Shown here: piece by piece, positions 36,262 through 48,245 of the stretch
Layout of the letters: each line of letters begins with the position of its first letter
Position numbering within the stretch: position 1 is the first letter of the stretch
From: Macrostomum lignano
Lineage: Eukaryota
DNA: 64,000 nt
NCBI GenBank assembly: GCA_002269645.1
Contig: NIVC01001487.1
Location: forward strand, 97,294 to 161,293
Reading direction: 5' to 3'
Program-made: the position numbers and the translations under genes
Notes under the pieces: generated by a model
Seen by the model: only the letters and a program-made list of their open reading frames with translations
The model's database searches: none
What the model was told of the DNA's origin: nothing

Positions 36262-37912
36262 TGGCTTCTAAAAATGTTCTAAACATTAGTTGTTCCATTT
36301 GCTTTTTAATTTCTTAGACTGTTTTTACTCCTTGTTTGCTTACTTGCAGCTCATCTTTAGTTAATTAATTATTTTTATTATTATTTAGTTTTTATACTAA
36401 AATAACTAGTCAAGCATATATACTTAGCAAAACAGTTTTCTAATTTCTGTTCAGTGGCAACAATGAATAAATAAGTTATTTTATAAGAATAAAGGCAATT
36501 AATTTAAAAAGTTTAGAAGCCTTAGCTAACAGGTGTAATTAACTTACAAATTTGTTTTAACAATAGTATCCATTAGCTACTGAAAAATGCAACTATACTA
36601 GGTCTATTTACCAATATTGGGTTGTATGCTTAGTATAGCTTGCTTCCTCAATTTTTTTTATATGCACCTGGTCTCTAGATTTACATATATTGTAATTGTA
36701 AAATTATATATTAGCTGGATAAAATCGAGGTTGCATAATAGCTAATATTGTTTTTTAATAACTAGAAGTCTAGCCTAGGCTAAAAAACATTGAAATAGTA
36801 TGCTTGTTCTTTATTGGAATAGGTTTCAAAAATGCATGGACATGCAACACCTATGCAAAAAAATAGCTTGAATGTGTGACACATGGGACAAAAGTATAAA
36901 AAAGCATAGCACACATAACACTAATAATAAGATAATATAAGATAATAATACTACTGTTTATGCTGCTCTTTTGTAAAATTATGAAGCATAATATAAAAAA
37001 TGACAGATAACTAATAAAAAAACTATGTTACTCCTTTGGTTTTGCACATGCCCCATACTTATAGCACCACCACCCATCAACCACGATGCGCTGCAACATG
37101 CAATGCTACCTTCCATTGCAATGCACTACCTACTATCTTGAATCTGTATGACATAATACCAGAAAATATTTAAAATTTTTAAGATAACTATTTTTGTTTT
37201 TTAACTTATTCCAATAGGGTGCTTATTTAATATACAAACTATTTATCATAGATACTAAATAAACAAGATAGGCTATTTAGGGTCAGGCATATATACTTGG
37301 TAAAAAAGCTTTTTACTTTAGTTTAATAACAAAGAATACAAAGGCTATTTTATAAAAAAGGCAGCTAAAATTGTTAATAAATTTACAAGTCTAAGCTTGC
37401 AAGCATAAACAATCTTACTAATTGGTTATCCAATAATATATATTAGCTAGTCTATTAAAATACACATGGCAGTTTTGGGCTAGAATTCAAATATGCTAAG
37501 TGTCCTACCTTCTTTTTGCTATTTAATTTTAGGCCTTGATAGTACAAAATTAAAAGTATATCAGAGTATTAAGTTAGAATATTAAAGTTTATTAGGCATA
37601 GGCTGACAACTTATAATATTGCTAAAGAATTTTTGAAAAATATTTTGTAACAAAAATCTATCTAAAAAACTTAGCAAGGAAATGCCATTTTAGTCTATTG
37701 AACTATGCATTTCAAAGATTATTTTTAATTTTACACCTGTATCTTTAATTCTAATAGTAAAAATAACATCAAATTCAACATTGAAATGCATTGCACATTG
37801 CTATATTTTAATATAGAATTTAGTGCAGGATTCAATGTGAAATTTTCCATAATAATCTAGTCAAAGCATTAATATACTCTAAACAAATTTAACCCTTATA
37901 TTATTTTTTACA

Positions 37913-39834
37913 TCCTATATACTAATATTCTGAAGCCTATTCAATGTGGAATTCAATGTGGGATTTCCTGTACTAAACTCAACTTGAGCTTAGTTGAACT
38001 TAGCTTAGTTAAATAGAACTTTATATAAAAATACTTAGCAAGGCATGCACCCCAAGATTGAGGCAAAAGGTTGATTAGCATGCCTAAGAATAGTAGAAGT
38101 TGAACTACCTGATTGGACATTCTTGCTATTCATAACCAAGTTATTTCATTAATTAGATTGGCATGCAGCTCAACAGCTTAAATAGGCCCTAGTATCTCAG
38201 CCATTAAGAGCTTTGCTTTTGCTCTAGTTTTGACTCGACTACATTGAGACCTTGACTAACATTGAGACCACAGTAGACTACCTACTCTGAGACTACACAA
38301 TGGTCCTAACAAGACTACTTTGGAAAATTCTAGTGTGCACTTGGTTTGGTCAAAAAATGGCCTGCATTGGCATGCATTTAGGTATGTAGCCATAATGGCA
38401 TAGCATGCTATGTTGTGGATTCATAGAATAGCTTGATGGCATAGAATGTGGTATAGCATAGGCTAATCATAGGGCCTAGTGGGGCAGTGCAGTGACAAGC
38501 TTTAGTTGTGGAAATACTTGGATTTAATTTATCCTGTTTGTTTTACTAGAAAAGAAAAGAAAAAAAAAGATCCTTTATCATACTACACGGTGCTTCCCAC
38601 AAGGCAAAAAGACTAAAAAATGCCAAAGAAACTATTATCTATATTGCACACTACAACCTAGAGTGCCTCAGGTGTCTAAAACATACTTTTCTTAAATCTC
38701 AAGTGCCCGTCTTGTCATGATATAGCCAATATAACACTTATACTATTTAAAGTGTCTTAAATTCATTGTACCAAGTGTAGAAATTCAAGTTTAATTGTTT
38801 ATAAGACAAAGTACAGTCAATAACTTTAAAGTAAGGGAATAGTTGAACTCAACTCACTACCTCAAATCATGAAAAATGCCACTGATTTTGCATATTTTGC
38901 ACATATGCATATCTTATATATAATCATAACTACTCAATAAACTTACAATGATGCTTACTCTAGACTTCTTTAAAGTAGTTATTTTATACATGGCAGTGGC
39001 TAGAGTTCCGGCACCGGAACCCATTTTCTAATGGCTACGGATCCGGCAGTGCCATTATAATATAGATGGAACATTATATTTTTCTTTTTACAGTTGGCTG
39101 ATATTGAGATTTTGTTCTAGATTAAAATTTAAGACGATATGATAAGATTTGGAAGATGCTTCTAATATTTAGACTTCTTAAGATATGTTCTTAGCAGTCT
39201 TTATATGCTTCTATACAGCACTGCCGGATCCCTAGCTATTAAAAAACGGGTTCCGGTGCTGAAACTCTAGCCATTACCTTTATACATTGCCATTATTTAC
39301 ATCACCAATGTGTACATTAGGCCTACTATACTGGCAGCCCATTCTGAAGGTGTTCTGAACCTTCTAACGTTAGAAACCCACCAGATGCTTGGCAGAACCA
39401 GAAAAGACCTGGCACCAGGTCTGAAGAAGAAGCTTCTTAAGGTTTGACTCAAAAGTTTGTATTTGTTACACTACACTATATATATTTCCATGGTCTCCCT
39501 TTTAGTATGAGTGCATGGTCTCCCTCAGAGCTCACAAACGGAACTCTAATAGATGACCCTTTATTTAAATGTAGAGATATAACAAAGTCAGTTACAAAAT
39601 CAACACAAAACAATAAAATATGACGAGCTCTGAGTATTAAGTCTTGTTCATGAGTTTATTATCCCACAGACAAAATTAGCTTTCACTTTTAAAACATGTC
39701 ACCGAATTGTCTAAATTTGTCACCAAAATGTCCTAAATGGTCACCGAAAAGGCTGTCACCAAAATGTCTTGTCACTGAAAATCTGAAATGTCCAGAGACC
39801 CTTTGGCTCCCCAACAGGGGGCGTAGATTGATAG
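37913..39834 (+). mobile_element. Older Helitron-like element F
   Basis: A|TCCTATATACTAA start. 3' end CTTTGGCTCCCCAACAGGGGGCGTAGATTGATAG|T is nearly identical to the end of E (CTAG>ATAG). The pairing of the two ends is inferred. Confidence 0.5.
38992..39278. mobile_element. MULE/Mutator-type MITE
   Basis: ~60-bp imperfect TIRs (GGCAGTGGCTAGAGTT.. / ..AACTCTAGCCATTACC), GG..CC ends, and a perfect 9-bp TSD TTTATACAT (38983-38991, 39279-39287). Confidence 0.85.
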
Positions 39835-40374
39835 TGTGGAACTAAACTAAAGACAAAGTTGCATAATTGCATTGCATTCATTCATATTTTTAGTTTGCCC
39901 ATTATACTATACTATAGTAGGCCCTACAGTACAGTACAGTTTGAGTTTCTAATTTTTAATAGCAAATATTAATTGGATTATAAATATGTACTGTATGTTT
40001 AGATTTAGAAAGTTTAATTTTTTGTTACGAAGAAATTTGAAGTTAAAGAGACTAAAATATTAAAAAGAAAGTTGCAATTCTGCCTAAGAAAGAACTGACA
40101 AATAAATATTATTGGCCTAGCCCTAACCCTAGGTTTTTTTTGCGCAATAGCCGAAAAGCCTAGGGGGGGGGCCCAGACTTTCCGAAAAAACGGAAAACTA
40201 AATTAAAAAAAGGTTTTTTAACTTATTTAAGAAATAAAAAGTAAAACTAAAATAGCTAAAATAAATTAAAGCTATACAGTTTAGTAAAAAAATAGTAGTT
40301 TCGACTTATTAGCTTTAAAATTATTAAAATTTTGCAAGCAGTTAATATAAATCGTAATATGTATTTTCTGTGCG

Positions 40375-43374
40375 AACGCACACGAATTTCACGTATTCAT
40401 TTCCCGATTGACATTCAGATTCACATTCAAATTTTTAACAAAGCCGCTGTAACTTTTCTTTACTTGAACGAAACGCTTTAAAATTTTACAAAAACTTTGA
40501 CGCAATCAAGAAAAAAAACTACGTAAAATATCTCGGCATTTAAAAATAGACTGTACAAATTATTCACATATAAAGTTTGTTCCTATCTCCTTAGTGTATT
40601 ATTATGCAACTCAACAAAACGCCTTAAAATACACGCAGAGCTACGAAACTTTATTTTTCTCTTGACGCACGCGAGATGCGTTGGCAAGTCAAAAATCAGC
40701 ACCCTAGCTTAAAGCCTGTACGAGTTATTCACCTGCAAACTGTGTTCCTATCTCCGCGTAGTGTATTTTGGGGGTCCAGCTTGACATTCGCTGACAGACA
40801 CTTCTACTCAACGCAGAGCTACGAAACTTTATTTTTCTCTTGACGCACGCGAGATGCGTTGGCAAGTCAAAAATCAGCACCCTAGCTTAAAGCCTGTACG
40901 AGTTATTCACCTGCAAACAGTGTTCCTATCTCCGTAGTGTATTTTGGGGGTCCAGCTTGACATTCGCTGACAGACACTTCTACTCAACGCAGAGCTACGA
41001 AACTTTATTTTTCTCTTGACACACGCGAGATGCGTTGGCACGTAAAAATCAGCACCCTAGCTTAAAGCCTGTATGAGTTATTCCAGTATTAGAGACTGTA
41101 CGAGATTACAGTATTTACGCTTTCCGCCTCTGTAGTCTGGACAGTGACTAAGATTCAGGGAATTCATCTAATGGGAAACATATGACGGGATAGAAAGTTC
41201 ACAAATTCGGCTCTGGTCATAGCTGGGTCACCCACCTGAGCCTTAAAAATAATTTCTGTACGGACCCCCTGCCACACATCCCTTAATGAGCACGCATCGC
41301 ATTATTTTTACGCTGCTTTAGTGGGGTCCTCATGATCGGGAGTTGTTTGAGCCATCTGGTGAAGCCCGGAAGTCGAAAACGGGACTCATTGGGAGTCTGC
41401 TACACCATGCAGCCATGCAGAAGACTTTTTAAACAGTGGATCCTCTTTCTGTGAATGATGAAGAGGTGACCGGACATTTTGTCAACCAGCATTTCGTCAA
41501 CCGGCAGTTCGTCAACCAGACATTACGGCAACTCAGCAAATTGTAGCTGATAATTATATAGCTCTGCACCAGCCAGAGAATGTGAGAATGGCCGCTATTA
41601 GCAACCGAGAGAGTCAAAAGCAGGGCTTCCAAGAACTCCAGAAAGCAGAGCTTCTCACCAGCAGCAAATCTGCCGGGCAAGATGCGCCTGATAATTCCTT
41701 GTACTTCTGCGGCAGAAGTATTTTTTAGAGCTAGCATTTGATGAAAAAGCAGCGGTAGAGATCTTTGCAAGTCGCTAGCTATGTCCCGTCTCATAAATGG
41801 GCCGTTCTGCTCCATCCAGTAAAGAAGCTGAATGGCAGAATTGGCATAGCAGTCTGCTCCGCTATTTCTTAGTCCACAGAGAGGCTGCGACTCTGAACTT
41901 CTTGATGATGTTTGTTTGGCAGCCTTTGCCCCTGAACTATGCTCTTGACGAGGCTCTGTTCTAACATTTTCCTCAGCAGGTAGAGATGTGTAAAGATTAG
42001 CGTTGAGGCTTTTAGGAAGCTGTGTATCAACGAAGCGGCGCTCAGGATATCGTTGGCGAAAGCAATCTTGGTCGTAGGCATAATGACCTAGGAGCAAAAG
42101 AACTGCCATTACATGGCAGTCACAGCCAGCTGTTCGGCTACCCACTTTGGACGAGGAGTAGTGTAGCAGACTCCCAATGAGTCCCGTTTTCGACTTCCGG
42201 GCTTCACCAGATGGCTCAAACAACTCCCGATCATGAGGACCCCACTAAAGCAGCGTAAAAATAATGCGATGCGTGCTCATTAAGGGATGTGTGGCAGGGG
42301 GTCCGTACAGAAATTATTTTTAAGGCTCAGGTGGGTGACCCAGCTATGACCAGAGCCGAATTTGTGAACTTTCTATCCCGTCATATGTTTCCCATTAGAT
42401 GAATTCCCTGAATCTTAGTCACTGTCCAGACTACAGAGGCGGAAAGCGTAAATACTGTAATCTCGTACAGTCTCTAATACTGGAATAACTCATACAGGCT
42501 TTAAGCTAGGGTGCTGATTTTTACGTGCCAACGCATCTCGCGTGTGTCAAGAGAAAAATAAAGTTTCGTAGCTCTGCGTTGAGTAGAAGTGTCTGTCAGC
42601 GAATGTCAAGCTGGACCCCCAACACTACGGAGATAGGAACACAGTTTGCAGGTGAATAACTCGTACAGGCTTTAAGCTAGGGTGCTGATTTTTTACTTGC
42701 CAACGCATCTCGCGTGCGTCAAGAGAAAAATAAAGTTTCGTAGCTCTGCGTTGAGTAGAAGTGTCTGTCAGCGAATGTCAAGCTGGACCCCCAAAATACA
42801 CTACGCGGAGATAGGAACACAGTTTGCAGGTGAATAACTCGTACAGGCTTTAAGCTAGGGTGCTGATTTTTGACTTGCCAACGCATCTCGCGTGCGTCAA
42901 GAGAAAAATAAAGTTTCGTAGCTCTGCGTTGAGTAGAAGTGTCTGTCAGCGAATGTCAAGCTGGACCCCCAAAATACACTACGGAGATAGGAACACAGTT
43001 TGCAGGTGAATAACTCGTACAGGCTTTAAGCTAGGGTGCTGATTTTTGACTTGCCAACGCATCTCGCGTGCGTCAAGAGAAAAATAAAGTTTCGTAGCTC
43101 TGCGTGTATCTTAAGGCGTTTTGTTGAGTTGCATAATAATACACTAAGGAGATAGGAACAAACTTTATATGTGAATAATTTGTACAGTCTATTTTTAAAT
43201 GCCGAGATATTTTACGTAGTTTTTTTTCTTGATTGCGTCAAAGTTTTTGTAAAATTTTAAAGCGTTTCGTTCAAGTAAAGAAAAGTTACAGCGGCTTTGT
43301 TAAAATTTGAATGTGAATCTGAATGTCAATCGGGAAATGAATACGTACGAATTTCGGCGTATTTCGTGTGCGTT
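40375..43374. mobile_element. Foldback-like palindromic element: arms 40375-41405 and 42161-43374, 755-bp spacer
   Basis: The arms are near-perfect reverse complements and contain ~172-178-bp tandem units. No TSD was identified. Confidence 0.85.
41429..42223 (-). pseudogene. Degenerate SWIM-like transposase tail fused to a USP (peptidase C19) Cys-box fragment
   Basis: SSSKVGSRTAGCDCHVMAVLLLLGH resembles C.CK.G.R..GCC.HV..vlw.LG. GLRNSGADCYANSAIQLL is a USP Cys box. There is no His box, and in-frame stops lie upstream. Confidence 0.6.
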
Positions 43375-44932
43375 AAAAAATCCGTTGGCGTAGTACCGGG
43401 TAAATACGATCTTTACCCTGTAGGTAGGCTCTCCAGTGAGATTTAAAAATTTTTTTTTTGAAAGTATGATTGTCAAACATGACAGAGGGCATCAACAGTA
43501 TTTCAAACTGGCTTCATTTATGAAAATTAATTGAATAATAAAAAAGTTATGAAGATTTTAGTGACGAGTTTTGTATTCAATTCAATAGGAGAAAATAGGG
43601 CCTAGTAAAAATACATTTAAAAAGCAGAACTTTTGTTGCGAAAATTAAAATTTTTGTGTTCAAATGTATTTAAATCAATGATTTTTAGTAAAAAATGTAT
43701 TGGCTTTGGTGTATTTGAAAGATAATTTTGTTTTCTATGTAATTAAATTAGAATCAATTTAATTCTAGGGCCTAATATAACTTAAAGTAGCAATTTTTGT
43801 CAATTTCTGATAATGTATAGCATAAAAAGATACATTTTTTCCTGGGAAAATTTTTAACTTTCCAGTTCCATTCTGTAGTTATGTGGTTTCCATGCCATAA
43901 TTTTTCTTATTTAGGTTAAAAACAGTTGGTAGTTGGTACTATATTGCAAGTAAAATATTATTGAATAGGCCCAGGCCACCCAGCTCTAATGTTGTCTATA
44001 AAAGTTTATTTTAGCATTTTTTATTTTTTAATACAGGTTCTAGTGGGGGAAAAATAGGCCTACAGGACCACATTTATAAAGGTACCAATTGTTTGGGTGA
44101 CAGACATTTCGGTAACAAATAGTCGTTTCGGTGACAAGTTGCTTTTGTGATAGACACACATTATTTTTGATTAAAAATTAAAAATTTCATGAGTATTGAC
44201 ATTTTAATAGTAAGAGGTGCTTCATAATATTAGCTTGTAGTTATTTTGTTAAGATTTATGTTTTGTATTATATTTAAAAAATTTCATCAAAGGATTGATA
44301 TATTTAAGAAAAGAAATCAAACTAATTATATTGTTTTCTTCTTGTGCAGATAGGGATTGCAATCCCGGGATCCCAAATCCCAGGAATGTAGACAGGTTTT
44401 GGCTTGACAGGATCCTGGGATTGGAAACTTTTATGATAAAGTTGGTGATATCCAGGAAATCAAAATGTTTGAACATGTATTTTAAATACATTGCACAAGT
44501 AATATTCACGCGTCGTGATCATGAGTTGTAACGTGACTCTCGATTCTCAAATTGTGACGTGATATAATACAAATTATACAATACACAATACATGCGAGTC
44601 TCAAACTTGTGTTGTGTTTGTGTATTCGACTACTTGTGTTACTTGTGTTATGTACATAAAAAGCATTGAAAAATGAATCATTGACGTTTGCTGGGAGTTC
44701 AATGCATTTACTGAAATTAGCCTGCATATACATGTACTTTTATAGGCTTTGGAAGGAAACAAAAGCATGCCTAACTGCCTTTGGGCATTGGACCTTGAGC
44801 CAAAGGCAATTTTTAAAACAAACTAGAGGTCGGACAAGCAGAAAATTTTGGTTAGGAGTGAAATTTCGGGAAATTTTCAAAGTCAGGCGTGATCGTGATC
44901 GTGAATTTATATTTGCATACATGTATTACAAG

Positions 44933-45228
44933 CATACATGCACAAAAGTCGGCCGAGTTGGCCGATCTGGCTGACCGATTTGGCGGCCAACCAAGGAAGT
45001 TGCAAAAATGCCCACCCCAAAAAATACCAAAGTAGTAGTACTAAGTAGCTGACGAGGCATTTTGATCTAATAAGACAGTCATAGTTACTTCTGCCGTTTA
45101 CCCAAAGTTGCGTTAATTTTGCATTAGTTTTTTTACATGTAAGTCGCATTTTTGGCCAAAAACTATGTCGCATTTTTGTTAAAACTAAGTTGCATGGCCG
45201 ACCAAATTTTGGAGGTTGCGCATGTATG
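44933..45228. mobile_element. hAT-type MITE
   Basis: 13-bp TIR CATACATGCACAA / TTGCGCATGTATG (1 mismatch) and a perfect 8-bp TSD ATTACAAG (44925-44932, 45229-45236). Confidence 0.88.
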
Positions 45229-45510
45229 ATTACAAGCCTTAACTAAAGACAAAGTTGGTATACAATGTGCTATTGCTAAAGTGCTTATAATTTTGCCATT
45301 AGAATCAATAATGAATATGTCTGCCAAATAGACTATGAAAAATAAATTGTATTTTTACCTTTCAATGGCATATCACATGCATTTTGGTAGAAACTTTGAT
45401 ATAATCAACAAATGGTTTTTTGCAAGGTATCATGACAGCATTGGAAAGCTAACCTTGTATTAGAGAAGAATGACAGTGGTGGACATAGACTGGGATCTAT
45501 TAGCAATACA

Positions 45511-45642
45511 AATGGCATCCTTCATTATTCTCCATGCCACCAGAGACTTTTGTAACAATTTTTGAAGTAGTATCTCTTTGTGTATAGAGAATCCATTTTC
45601 AATTGTTGCATTGCCATAAGACATAACCAGTACCATGGTGAT
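45511..45642 (-). pseudogene. Fossil DNA-transposase fragment (hAT-dimerisation-like SHGNA..ERGFS.NK motif)
   Basis: Translates ITMVLVMSYGNATIENGFSIHKEILLQKLLQKSLVAWRIMKDAI. Flanking frames contain stops. Confidence 0.6.
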
Positions 45643-45924
45643 GGCCTTCTAAAAGGCAGTAGAATTTTGGTACTGAAATGTAGGCTTAATTAACCCTTGC
45701 TCACAAAGAGGCTTGCATTGAGTTTGTCTAGCCTTTCAATTCTAGAAGAGAACTGAAGCCATAGCCATTTGACTCTTCATTGCACTGATTCTTTAGTCCA
45801 CAAAGGGCCTAAAAACTTGCTATATAGCATCAGCCTCATTAGTAGTGAGGTGGTTGGCTTCAACTAGTTCCAAGAGTAGCAGTTAAAATCTCTTCTCATT
45901 TTTGCAAGGCACGTTTGGGCGCAA

Positions 45925-46470
45925 CCTAGGGATTCACCTAGGGATTCAACCTAGGGATTCACCTAAGGATTCACCTAGGGATTCACCTAGGGATTCACGT
46001 AGGGATTCACCTAGGGATTCACCTAGGGATTCACCTAGGGATTCACCTAGGGATTCACCTAGGGATTCACCTAGGGATTCAACCTAGGGATTCAACCTAG
46101 GGATTCAACCTAGGGATTCACCTAGGGATTCACCTAGGGATTCAACCTAGGGATTCAACCTAGGGATTCACCTAGGGATTCAACCTAGGGATTCACCTAG
46201 GGATTCAACCTAGGGATTCACCTAGGGATTCAACCTAGGGATTCACCTAGGGATTCACCTAGGGATTCACCTAGGGATTCAACCTAGGGATTCACCTAGG
46301 GATTCACCTATAGATTCACCTAGGGATTCACCTAGGGATTCACCTAGGGATTCAACCTAGGGATTCACCTAGGGATTCACCTAGGGATTCAACCTAGGGA
46401 TTCAACCTAGGGTTTCAACCTAGGGATTCACTTAGGGATTCAACCTAGGGATTCAACCTAGGGATTCACC
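45925..46470. repeat. 12/13-bp minisatellite (CCTAGGGATTCA[A])
   Basis: Visible. Confidence 0.97.
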
Positions 46471-46635
46471 TTCATAATTTACATTGTAAAAAAGCAGTTT
46501 GTTAGTTTATAATAATCGAAATTTGGTCTGATCCTCAGTGATAAGCATTATTAAGTATGATAAGTAATGCAATTAAAAGTAAATCACCTCACCCATAAAT
46601 CTTGTCGCTTGCCTGCATGTTCGTTAGTCAGCGCC

Positions 46636-46821
46636 ATGGGCGATGGCTGGGAAGCCGCAGCCGAGCTGGAGTTCTCAGCTCAGTTCCCGCTGCATGCCGC
46701 TTGCAAATCTGGCAGTGCTGAGCTGCTGCGCTCTCGGCTGCAGTCTCACTACCAGCACCTGCTGCTGGAGGACCCCGTGCACCAATGGACTCCGTCTCAC
46801 TGGGCCGCATACTGTGGGCAT
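46636..46821 (+). CDS. ANKRD10: ANKRD10-like ankyrin-repeat protein, exon 1
   Basis: MGDGWE..FPLHAACKSG..LLLEDPVHQWTPSHWAAYCGH parallels ANKRD10 FPLHRACRDG..EDSFYGWTPVHWAAHFG. Donor GTAAGA. Confidence 0.85.
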
Positions 46822-47078
46822 GTAAGAGTTTGGAGAGTTTCCAGTTTGGCAAGTTTCGAGTTTGGAAAGTTTTGAGCTTAGGATGTTTAGAGTTTGGAAA
46901 GTTTTGAGCTTAGGATGTTTAGAATTTGGAAAGTTTTGAGTTCGGGAAGTTTTTTTTTTAAAAAAAAAAAATTCCGAGCTTTTGCACAATTCCATGTGTC
47001 GACTGTAGTTGCAGCTCAAAAGTTTGCATTGCGTAAAGCGGTTGCCATAGTTACCCTTGTATTTCATCCGGCTTTCAG

Positions 47079-47231
47079 ATGGACTGCCTGACCGTGATCA
47101 ACCAGGTTGAGTCTTTGTTCGACCACCCGCTGACCCGGTCGCTGCAGACTCCGCTCCATCTCGCCTGCTTTGCGGGCCAATTCATGACTGCCAAGTGGCT
47201 GCTGCAGCGGGGCGCCGTAATTGGGAAAGAG
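47079..47231 (+). CDS. ANKRD10: ANKRD10-like, exon 2
   Basis: MDCLTVI..LQTPLHLACFAGQFMTAKWLLQRGAVIGKE. Acceptor ggctttCAG. Weak donor GTTCGA chosen by alignment length. Confidence 0.8.
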
Positions 47232-47309
47232 GTTCGATTTGAGGCCTTGAAGCTGCCGAATCAATTAACTTTGCCAGTAGGGCTCCTGTGTAATCTCCGT
47301 TCCTCAACT

Positions 47310-48150
47310 GATCAGTAGAATCGCCCTCAATTGAGTCCTACTCAGTCCTACTCAGAGAATCCCCTCAGAGAATCGCCCTCAGAGAATCGTCTTCAGAGAA
47401 TGGCCCTCATTGAATCGCCTCAGAGAATCGCCCAATAGAATAGCCTCATTAAATCGCCCTCATCAAATCACCCTCAATAAATCACCCTCAATAAATCACC
47501 CTCAATAAATCACCCTCAATAAATCACCATCATTAAATCACCCTCATTAAATCGCCCTCATTGAATCGCCTCAGAGAATCGCCCAATAGAATAGCCTCAT
47601 TAAATCGCCCTCATCAAATCGCCCTCATTAAATCGCCCTCATTAAATCGCCCTCATTAAATCGCCCTCATCAAATCACCCTCATTAAATCGCCCTCATTA
47701 AATCGCCCTCATCAAATCACCCTCATTAAATCGCCCTCATTAAATCGCCCTCATCAAATCGCCCTCATTAAATCGCCCTCATTAAATCGCCCTCATTAAA
47801 TCGCCCTCATCAAATCACCCTCATTAAATCGCCCTCATTAAATCGCCCTCATCAAATCACCCTCATTAAATCGCCCTCATTAAATCGCCCTCATCAAATC
47901 ACCCTCATCAAATCACCCTCATTAAATCGCCCTCATTAAATCGCCCTCATTAAATCGCCCTCATCAAATCACCCTCATCAAATCGCCCTCATTAAATCGC
48001 CCTCATTAAATCGCCCTCATTAAATCGCCCTCATCAAATCACCCTCATTAAATCGCCCTCATTAAATCGCCCTCAAAGAATCGCCTCACTAATTGCCCTG
48101 ACTAAATACCCTCATTAAATCGCCCTCACTGAGTCGCCATCTTTAGATCC
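47310..48150. repeat. 14-bp minisatellite (AAATCGCCCTCATT), intronic
   Basis: Visible. Confidence 0.95.
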
Positions 48151-48245
48151 CTAATACACTGTCTCGCTATTTGAGTCAGACATTGCACATTTTCGAATGG
48201 AATTACTTAATCAGTCCCAATTCTAAATATTCGCACTGGCCGCAG

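Noticed and set aside
36500-37500. Possible Helitron Rep zinc-finger remnant (FCPMCHTFK) on the minus strand
   Set aside because: Similarity is too weak and the sequence too decayed to support without a search.
39698-44145. Oppositely oriented GTCACCGAA-type repeat clusters (39698-39790 and ~44085-44145) as ends of a larger element
   Set aside because: No terminal TIR or TSD could be defined, and the left cluster lies inside candidate Helitron F.
44351-44432. TAGGGATTGCAATCCC.. degenerate hAT-like MITE
   Set aside because: The right TIR is heavily degenerate and there is no TSD.
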